Shown here piece by piece: positions 56,940-64,000 of a stretch of DNA of 64,000 nucleotides (position 1 is the stretch's first letter; each line of letters starts with the position of its first letter). A program made the translations under genes and the position numbers. Below the pieces are notes generated by a model. That model worked only from the letters and a program-made list of their open reading frames with translations, was not told where the DNA came from and did no database searches. This DNA is from an uncultured Candidatus Saccharibacteria bacterium (GTDB lineage: Bacteria; Patescibacteriota; Dojkabacteria; SC72), in assembly GCA_964610125.1 (NCBI GenBank), contig CAZSUV010000002.1, forward strand, positions 120,940-184,939. Reading direction: 5' to 3'.

Positions 56940-57650
56940 ATGGGCAAAATAAAACAAAGAAACTGGTTGATCATAATAACCATTTTCTTAGTAATAGTAT
57001 CTGGGGCAGGTTTGTTCCTTTCGATACAACAAAAATTGTCATTTAACTCCTGTGCATATGGAGAAAATGTCTACAGAAGTGGTGATGAAATTCCAGCATA
57101 TAATGGGCGGGATGAGTGTAAGTGTAATGCTGACGGAACTATTAAGTGTAATGATAGTACAGATGAGCTTACATATAGTGGATATTCTTCGCAAAACCTA
57201 AAATTCACATATCAATATATAAACCTTTTAACGGATCAAGCATTACTTCAAGAAAATGTTGAATCAAACTCTGCTTCATATATTAACGGTGTTTTAAAGG
57301 TAAGCTTTGAAAGAAATGTTTTATGTTCCAATGATGAAATTGCGCCTACTCAGTCTGGGCTTTACGAATTTTCTTCGAAGGATTTAAAACTAACCATAAT
57401 GACTAATACAGATGCAACTAAATATATTGCACCTTGTAAGATCTTGAATAGCTTTGAGATTTCGGGTTTGGATATTACTTTAGATGAAAATTTTCAAATA
57501 TACTATCAATCGGATAATGGAAATCTAAAAAGTCTGGGTGCATGTGTAGAAGGTAACACATTGTATGGTGATCAAGAAGTTTTCAAATCCAAAACGACAT
57601 CTTCAATTTGTATTTGTAAGGTAGGAACTATTAGTTGCAAAGAACTTTAG
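56940..57650 (+). CDS. Membrane-anchored protein with two VWC/pacifastin-like Cys modules
   Basis: N-terminal TM; C..G..Y..G....CxC...G.I.C at both ends. Confidence 0.7.
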   Translation: MGKIKQRNWLIIITIFLVIVSGAGLFLSIQQKLSFNSCAYGENVYRSGDEIPAYNGRDECKCNADGTIKCNDSTDELTYSGYSSQNLKFTYQYINLLTDQALLQENVESNSASYINGVLKVSFERNVLCSNDEIAPTQSGLYEFSSKDLKLTIMTNTDATKYIAPCKILNSFEISGLDITLDENFQIYYQSDNGNLKSLGACVEGNTLYGDQEVFKSKTTSSICICKVGTISCKEL

Positions 57651-58678
57651 AGTAATCCTAAATATATTCCTAAGATACTAAAGAGTGCTGTGAATAGCCA
57701 GAATCTCATTGTTACTTTGTATTGAGGCCATCCCTTAGCTTGAAAATGATGATGTAATGGAGCGATTATGAATACTCTTTTTTTAAAGAATTTCAAGCTC
57801 AAGATTTGTATAGCACTAGATCCCATTATGATCCATGTCATTGCTGACATAGCCAGATATGGAATTACATTGTCTGTTACTACTCCAATGAAAAATATTG
57901 CGAAACCAAGTGGCATTGCTCCCGGCCCACCGTTCCAGAATCTTGCTGGTGGAATGTTGAAGTAAAGATCGATAACTTGTACTCCAAGAATGATACATAA
58001 AATAGGTATAAATTCTGTTTGTCCTTGTACAAGCAAGAGCACAATCATTGCAAAGTTAATAATTGAGAAAATCCCCATCATTAATCCATCTAGCCCATCG
58101 GTGAGCTCTGCTGAATAGATTGCGAGTTGTCCTACAAATCCAAGAAGTATAACTATCAATGGTGTAATGGATATTGAAAATATATTAAAGAATGAGAGTG
58201 ATTCGAATAGTCCAGTTTTGTATAGTAGGAACATAATCCCAATATTCATTAATGTCGCAAATGCGAGCTTTCCCATCCTCCACTCAAATGTTTCTTGGAA
58301 TGCTTTCATCTTTTCATTGTTTTTAAAACCATTTGTGAATACAACGACATCCAAGAATCCCCATAAGCCATACAAGACAAATCCGAGTAGAAATACTTTA
58401 ATAACTGGGGTTAAAGTTACAGTTAAGGCAACAAGGATAGGTACAACGATCCATATTAAGATGCCTCCCATATTAGGAGTACCATTGGTCTCAGTAACCC
58501 TCATGATTCTAAGGAAAAGTGAATTATCACCATTTTCTTCAGCCCCTATTTTGGACTTCTTTAGCCCACTGACCTGGTTAAATTTATACAAGATACTAAT
58601 CATGATTGGAGCAAATATAGCTGAGCAAAGAATAGCTAAAAAGAGGTAATTCAATCCTGTCCTTAAGATGTCTATCAT
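57647..58678 (-). CDS. mraY: Phospho-N-acetylmuramoyl-pentapeptide transferase (divergent)
   Basis: GTPNMGG, TDGLDGL, FNIPPA, APLHHHF; dcw context. Confidence 0.9.
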   Translation of the reverse strand: MIDILRTGLNYLFLAILCSAIFAPIMISILYKFNQVSGLKKSKIGAEENGDNSLFLRIMRVTETNGTPNMGGILIWIVVPILVALTVTLTPVIKVFLLGFVLYGLWGFLDVVVFTNGFKNNEKMKAFQETFEWRMGKLAFATLMNIGIMFLLYKTGLFESLSFFNIFSISITPLIVILLGFVGQLAIYSAELTDGLDGLMMGIFSIINFAMIVLLLVQGQTEFIPILCIILGVQVIDLYFNIPPARFWNGGPGAMPLGFAIFFIGVVTDNVIPYLAMSAMTWIIMGSSAIQILSLKFFKKRVFIIAPLHHHFQAKGWPQYKVTMRFWLFTALFSILGIYLGLL

Positions 58679-58711
58679 ATGTACTTTCTTTTAATTAAGT
58701 TATCTATTATC

Positions 58712-60547
58712 TCAATTCTGCTTCTGTATTTCTAGGTCATCCTTTATGGCAAGGAAAATATCTCTCCAAACGGGTACGGATGTGTATGATGCATACGTAC
58801 TTACTTGTGGTTCTTCTAATTTAACTATCATAATGAATTTTGGATTATCATATGGAGCAAAGCCAACCGCAGTTGCATTACTTAGATCATCTAGGTAACC
58901 TGCTCCATCCGATTTAGCAACTTGTGCAGTACCGGTTTTTCCTGCTATTTTGTAATTTTTCAGTTCTTTTGCCAACCCTCCAAATGCATCTTGTTGTACA
59001 CCGTCTGCCATATATCTACTGATCGTATCTGCAGCTTCCTTAGACACGGGTTGTGAGATTATCTGTGGTGTAATATTTATAGTTTCTTTCTCATCACTTA
59101 TCTGTGAAATTACATAGGGTCTCATTCTTGTTCCATGGTTGGCGATTGCGCTTAATGCAGATACTACCTGTAACTCTGTTGCGGAAATCCCTTGCCCATA
59201 TGATGCAGTAATCTGATCTAATAGTGTCCATTGGGCTAAAGGCTTCATATAACTGGTACTTTCATCTTGTAATCCTACTCCAATGAATTGGCCGATACCA
59301 AAGGCTTGAAGGTATGAGTAAAATTTAGGAAGATCGACAGTTAATCCTGCTTTAGCGGCACATGGATTATTTGATTTTGCAAATATTCCTGCAATATTCA
59401 GTACACCATTAGCTTTTTTGTTCCAAGTATATATGAATCTACCTTTTAAATCGGCATATCCTGTCTCCGCAAACAAATCGAGTTTTCCATTACTATCATC
59501 ACAGGTATAATCTTCTTTTATGGTTCCTGCGTCGAGTGCAATTGCCAAGGTTATTGGTTTTTGTACTGATCCATATTCATATACGTCTGATACTGCCCTA
59601 TTCTTTAATATCCATGGCTCTGAAATTCTCCAATACTCTGATGGGGTATATGTCGGATAGTTGGCCATAGCCAATATTGCTCCTGTTTTAGGATCCATAA
59701 TTATGACTGAGCCACTTTTTGATCTTGTATCTTTTACGCCCTTTTCTAACTGTTCCTCTGCTTTTGTTTGAAGATTTGGATTAATAGTTAATGTAAAGTC
59801 TTTTCCTTCTCGAGGAAGTATAGGGTCATATTCAGATGTAAGGATAACATTTCCTGCGGAGTCCTTTTCTTCGTATGTATAACCTTCAGTACCATTTAAA
59901 TCTCTGAAGTAATAGCCTTGGATGCCATATTGCCCTATGGCGTCTCCTGTTTCATCTTTTCCAATGAATCCAAGCAAATGTGCAGCTAGAGTTCCATTTG
60001 GATATACCCTTTGCTCTCTATTTTCAAAATAGAGCCCAAATCCTGCTGTACCGTCTCCAAATATATTGGCTTGTGCTAGAGCATTTTTAATATCTGTAGG
60101 TATGTTTTTCGCTAGGTTGACATAGACAAAGCTTTCAGTGATTTTCTCCCCAATAGTGTTTTTTTCTACACTTAGAATACTTGCAACCTCTGTTACAAAT
60201 TTATCCTTTTGATCAAAAAATCGTTTTCTTTCTGTTTCGTCTGTACTGAGTGTTGCATATACATCCCATACTGGTTGGTCAACAGCGAGTATAGTACCGT
60301 CTGCTGCAGAGATTTTACCTCTGGAAGCTGTTTGTGTACCACTTGATTGGTATTGTTCGCTTGCAAGCGATTTGAGGGCTCCAGAATCGATAACCTGCCA
60401 TCGGAAGATTTGTAGGAGTATTAAGCCTGCAAGCATGGAAACGGCATAACCAACTAAGGAGATATTGTTGTGATGGGATTTATTAGTAGAAATCTTGTTA
60501 CCCCTAACCTTTTTTTGAGAAGTATAGAGATGGTTTAGCTTAGCCAT
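58712..60547 (-). CDS. ftsI: Class B penicillin-binding protein (FtsI-like)
   Basis: RVYPNG, SVQK, SNN, KTGT; follows ftsL. Confidence 0.9.
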   Translation of the reverse strand: MAKLNHLYTSQKKVRGNKISTNKSHHNNISLVGYAVSMLAGLILLQIFRWQVIDSGALKSLASEQYQSSGTQTASRGKISAADGTILAVDQPVWDVYATLSTDETERKRFFDQKDKFVTEVASILSVEKNTIGEKITESFVYVNLAKNIPTDIKNALAQANIFGDGTAGFGLYFENREQRVYPNGTLAAHLLGFIGKDETGDAIGQYGIQGYYFRDLNGTEGYTYEEKDSAGNVILTSEYDPILPREGKDFTLTINPNLQTKAEEQLEKGVKDTRSKSGSVIIMDPKTGAILAMANYPTYTPSEYWRISEPWILKNRAVSDVYEYGSVQKPITLAIALDAGTIKEDYTCDDSNGKLDLFAETGYADLKGRFIYTWNKKANGVLNIAGIFAKSNNPCAAKAGLTVDLPKFYSYLQAFGIGQFIGVGLQDESTSYMKPLAQWTLLDQITASYGQGISATELQVVSALSAIANHGTRMRPYVISQISDEKETINITPQIISQPVSKEAADTISRYMADGVQQDAFGGLAKELKNYKIAGKTGTAQVAKSDGAGYLDDLSNATAVGFAPYDNPKFIMIVKLEEPQVSTYASYTSVPVWRDIFLAIKDDLEIQKQN

Positions 60548-60548
60548 T

Positions 60549-60851
60549 TTATTTTTCTGCTAATACTGCAGATTGCTCTAAATATATAATTGATTTTTGG
60601 CTTTGTGATCTAATGTCTAATTGCTTGTCAGCTAATTTTTTAATGACAGTAATGGAGCTTGTTTTTGCGACTTGCTCTTCCATTGTTCTGTTTTCTTCAA
60701 CTAGGAAGTTCTTTTCTCTATTTAAATTTTGTAATTCAGTACCAAGTGGATTTAGTACAGCATTTATAACTAATTGAGAGAATACAAATGCTACCATTGA
60801 AAATGTGAATATGATTGCAGGTATATTTTTTCTTGTATTGTAAATTGTCAT
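60549..60851 (-). CDS. ftsL: FtsL-like cell division protein
   Basis: TM helix plus coiled coil, between rsmH and ftsI. Confidence 0.65.
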   Translation of the reverse strand: MTIYNTRKNIPAIIFTFSMVAFVFSQLVINAVLNPLGTELQNLNREKNFLVEENRTMEEQVAKTSSITVIKKLADKQLDIRSQSQKSIIYLEQSAVLAEK

Positions 60852-60869
60852 ACTGGGCAGTACTAGATT

Positions 60870-61748
60870 TTAATTTTTAATTAGACATCTCAACTTAGCT
60901 GAAGCGGATCTAGAGTTTTGCTCTATCTCAGTGTCGGTTGGGGCAATTGAACTTTTGAAGAGTAATTCACCTTCCCCGCTTACAGCCTTGTCGTTAAAGT
61001 AAGTTTTCACAATTCTGTCTTCCAATGAGTGGAATGTTATCACTGATAATCTTCCATTCTTTGATAAGAGCTTAAAAGATCTATCTAAGGTTTCAGTAAG
61101 CGAATCTAACTCATCATTTACCACGATCCGCAGGGCCTGAAAGACTCTGCGGGAAGGGTTCTTGATAGTATTATTCGCCGGTACGACTTTGTAGATAAGT
61201 CTTGTAAGATCTCCGACAGTATTAATGTGTTCGATATTCTTCTTAATAGTTTTAGCTATTAATGCTGAATATCTTTCTTCTCCATATTCTAAGAATAGTT
61301 TGGCTAATTGCTTGTCATTTAAGACAACCAATATATCCTTTGCTGTGACACCTAAGTTGGTATCCATTCTCATATCTAAAGGTTCTTGATCTTCTTGATA
61401 ACTGAATCCTCTGTTGTGTGATTCTTCTAGTTGTCTTGAAGAAAGGCCTAAATCCATGAGTATGCCATCTGGAGTTCTTCCTATTTCAGCTACTAGTTTA
61501 TCTATGTGTCTGAAATTGGATTGTTTTATTATCCAGTTAGGTTGAGTTTTGTAATAACTTTTTACAAACTCAATTGCAAAACTATCTTGATCGATACTAA
61601 GTAGTAATCCTTTGGATGATAATTGTTTTAAGATTGCTTGACTGTGTCCACCATCTCCTAATGTACAATCTACATAAAAGCCATCAGGCTTTATGTTTAA
61701 TGAATCGATTGATTCGTTTAAGAGTACTGGTACATGTATTTTATCCAT
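60870..61748 (-). CDS. rsmH: 16S rRNA C1402 N4-methyltransferase
   Basis: HVPVLL, DCTLGDGGHS, DLGLSS, FHSLEDRIVK, RSASAKLR. Confidence 0.96.
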   Translation of the reverse strand: MDKIHVPVLLNESIDSLNIKPDGFYVDCTLGDGGHSQAILKQLSSKGLLLSIDQDSFAIEFVKSYYKTQPNWIIKQSNFRHIDKLVAEIGRTPDGILMDLGLSSRQLEESHNRGFSYQEDQEPLDMRMDTNLGVTAKDILVVLNDKQLAKLFLEYGEERYSALIAKTIKKNIEHINTVGDLTRLIYKVVPANNTIKNPSRRVFQALRIVVNDELDSLTETLDRSFKLLSKNGRLSVITFHSLEDRIVKTYFNDKAVSGEGELLFKSSIAPTDTEIEQNSRSASAKLRCLIKN

Positions 61749-62184
61749 TGTTCTTGTTGTTCATATTAGTCAATTCTTGAGCAATTTCATCTCCGTTTTT
61801 CTTTAAATATTCTAATCGTTTTTGCCACATATCTTTGTCCCAAACTTCTACCCAATTTACTAAACCAATGAAGACTACGTCTTCTTTTAATTGGGCATGA
61901 TCAAATAATGCTTGTGGGATTATAAATCTTCCTTGCTTATCTGTTTGGATCTCTGTAGCACTTCCGACTAAGAATCTACTAGTATCACGGATGTTTTTGT
62001 TTATAAAAGAGCCATTTATAACATCTTGGGCTATTTTTTGCCACATATCTTGGTTTACAAGTATAAGTGCATCTTCATATCCCCTTGTGAGTATTATGTT
62101 CTCACCTAGTTCATTTCTGAACTTTTTGGGAAGTGATGTTCTTTTCTTATTGCTAAGCTTTCCATGGTACTCTCCTATTAACAT
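61741..62184 (-). CDS. mraZ: Transcriptional regulator MraZ
   Basis: MLIGEY, LPKKFR, DKQGRFIIP, VEVWD. Confidence 0.95.
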   Translation of the reverse strand: MLIGEYHGKLSNKKRTSLPKKFRNELGENIILTRGYEDALILVNQDMWQKIAQDVINGSFINKNIRDTSRFLVGSATEIQTDKQGRFIIPQALFDHAQLKEDVVFIGLVNWVEVWDKDMWQKRLEYLKKNGDEIAQELTNMNNKNNG

Positions 62185-62196
62185 ATTAGGATTTTA

Positions 62197-62220
62197 CCAC
62201 TTCTCACCACTTCATGCCAC
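62197..62220 (-). promoter_or_regulatory. MraZ-binding (dcw) boxes
   Basis: Three GTGG direct repeats at 10-nt period (GTGGcatgaaGTGGtgagaaGTGG) just upstream of mraZ. Confidence 0.8.
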
Positions 62221-62475
62221 TAATTTAACATTAACCAATATAACCGTCAAGAAAATATAACTACAGGATAAGATATAATATTCTAGGCTATACAATATAG
62301 ACAGTTTAAAGAGACATCATTAGTTTGATGTCTAATTTGTGAACACGAACCGATAGCAATATTTATTAGAAAACAAAAAATAATAATGCTTGTAAAATAA
62401 CAATATCCTAAGGGGTTGTGCAAATTATGGTCTTCAGTATAATGAAATAGATATAAACTAATAACAGAAATTACG

Positions 62476-63171
62476 ATGAAGAAGGTGGTAATATTACTAC
62501 ATGGATGGCAAAGAACTAAAGGTGATTGGGAGAGTCTTGAACGTGAATTGAGCCAGAAATATAATGTAGTATCGTGGGATTTACCTGGTTTTGGGCAAGA
62601 ACCTCTTATTGATGATAATTGGTCTATCCCTGAATATGCTTCATGGGTTAATGGAAAGATTTTAAAGGAATTCCCTAATAAAAAGATTATCCTATTAGGA
62701 CATTCATTTGGAGGAAGGATTGCTTCATATCTTGCATCATTTCATCCAGATTATCTCTTCTCCCTGATATTGTATGCTTCCCCTAGTCTTTACAGGCCTA
62801 CAGCTCAGATTAAAAGAAAAATCAGAACATACAAATTCTTAAAGAAGATTTTGTCACAGTCATTGTTACAAAGCTTTAAAAGTGATGATCAAAAGAATGT
62901 AGAAAATACATCGTTAGAAAAAATATTTAAAAGAACAATTCCATTTGATCAAACAGAAGAACTAAAGAAGATTAATGTCCCAACATATATCATCCAAGGG
63001 GATAAAGATGCTTCAGTAAGAATTGAAATAGCAAATGAAATGCATGATTTAATTCCGAATTCCGAGGAAGTAATTGTTCCTAATGCGACTCACTTTTTAC
63101 ATTTAGAAAATTCAATTCTATTTAATGGTATTATAAAAAAAATTATTTCTGAAATAGATGAAAATGATTAA
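62476..63171 (+). CDS. Alpha/beta hydrolase
   Basis: LHGW, DLPGFG, GHSFGG, GDKD, HFLH. Confidence 0.92.
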   Translation: MKKVVILLHGWQRTKGDWESLERELSQKYNVVSWDLPGFGQEPLIDDNWSIPEYASWVNGKILKEFPNKKIILLGHSFGGRIASYLASFHPDYLFSLILYASPSLYRPTAQIKRKIRTYKFLKKILSQSLLQSFKSDDQKNVENTSLEKIFKRTIPFDQTEELKKINVPTYIIQGDKDASVRIEIANEMHDLIPNSEEVIVPNATHFLHLENSILFNGIIKKIISEIDEND

Positions 63172-64000
63172 GAAGATATTTCCTTATGAAGATTTTTTAT
63201 ATATTCTTCAGTTGGAAGAATATTATTATGATAGATATTTTAGAAAGGCAATAAAACTTCTTTTTAAAAGGGGGTTTATGATTCATGGAAAGTTAGTTTT
63301 AACTTCTCGGATAAAGATAACGTATATATTTTCAATTATTTTAACTTTGTATATTCCTCTTTTACTGAGCTTACTGTCCCTCATTGTTTGGAGTAATTTG
63401 CTAATGGTTGAAGTAATATTTTTTGTTTTATTAATTTTTTCTCTGATACTTATTCCTATATGGATAGGTCTTTCAAGTCTAATGCTTGAACCTTTCTATA
63501 ATCTAATAAAAAAGAATTTACAAAAGAAAGCTTTGACACTGGTTAATGAAATCAATACAAAGAATATTATGATTGTGGGGTCATATGGTAAAACTACGAC
63601 CAAGAACTTCATTCAGCAATTAATACAGTACAATTACAGAACGCAAATGGTGGCTGGAAATATAAATACACCTACTGGAATAGCCGCCTGGTTATTAAAA
63701 AATTTGGATAAAAATACTGAAGTATTAGTTGCCGAAACTGATGGATATAAACTTGGAGAGATTGCTGATTGTTGTAAAATCATTTCTCCTGACTTTGTTA
63801 TTATTACTGCCATTGGAGATCAGCATTTGGAAAGATTAGGTTCTAAAAAAAGATTGGTGGAAACTTTATTAGAGGCAATCAGATATTCTAAAAAGAATGC
63901 CCCTATTATTTTAACTAATAAAACGAAAGAGGATTTCTTGTCTTTAGGATTTGATATTTTTAAGATGTATGGAGAAGATCGGCTTATCATAATATCAGGT
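63158..64000 (+). CDS. Mur ligase (MurF-like) with N-terminal membrane region, truncated at window end
   Basis: LYILQLEEY N-terminus, TM helices, IVGSYGKTTTK, GNINTPTG, IGDQHLE. Confidence 0.85.
   Translation, partial: MKMIKKIFPYEDFLYILQLEEYYYDRYFRKAIKLLFKRGFMIHGKLVLTSRIKITYIFSIILTLYIPLLLSLLSLIVWSNLLMVEVIFFVLLIFSLILIPIWIGLSSLMLEPFYNLIKKNLQKKALTLVNEINTKNIMIVGSYGKTTTKNFIQQLIQYNYRTQMVAGNINTPTGIAAWLLKNLDKNTEVLVAETDGYKLGEIADCCKIISPDFVIITAIGDQHLERLGSKKRLVETLLEAIRYSKKNAPIILTNKTKEDFLSLGFDIFKMYGEDRLIIISG

Noticed and set aside
335-62260. Many 60-170-aa ORFs overlapping or antisense to identified genes (e.g. 7272-7640, 14655-15155, 20779-21273, 58167-58649)
   Set aside because: Shadow ORFs of well-supported genes with no motifs; 7272-7640 overlaps the real rpmF on the opposite strand.
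62312-62333. Hairpin AGACATCA-N6-TGATGTCT as an ncRNA
   Set aside because: A single short inverted repeat in a divergent promoter region with no other support.
1-64000. Alternative genetic code (UGA=Gly)
   Set aside because: Conserved genes are full-length under code 11 and some end in TGA (e.g. rarA, the RSH gene).

Overview
AT-rich chromosomal window using the standard genetic code. The gene content points to a Candidate Phyla Radiation/Patescibacteria genome, possibly Dojkabacteria-like (inference): type IV pilins and pilMNO without pilP/Q, a sortase, mostly leaderless gene starts and a DUF2341 adhesin. The backbone is housekeeping: khpA, rpsP, rnc, nusB, rpmF, dus, clpP, tig, mutS, hisS, PBP1A, pheTS, rplT-rpmI-infC-thrS, rsmD, recG, a relA-like gene, tyrS, rarA, truB, rsmI, tatD, mraZ-rsmH-ftsL-ftsI-mraY, a Mur ligase and one tRNA-Val(GAC). 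Small variable islands are interspersed. No integrase, transposase, CRISPR array or prophage is visible. The main candidates for new biology are: (1) a recurring orphan-gene cassette of promoter, boxA-like motif, structured leader, Shine-Dalgarno, ORF and terminator, whose 5' leader is complementary to the bases just after the stop codon; (2) a mirror-image G/T-to-A/C skew flip around these islands; (3) a 1378-aa surface protein with two triplets of phage tail-collar/HxH modules; (4) a tandem array of diverged acidic paralogs; (5) several apparently rewired enzymes (PEP-synthase-like with His to Asp, membrane-anchored Clp ATPase without pore loops, inactive NDT fused to RHH, hydrolase-dead RSH); (6) unannotated small ORFs, including a Thr-rich peptide upstream of thrS. 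All family assignments come from motif recognition by eye, not database searches.
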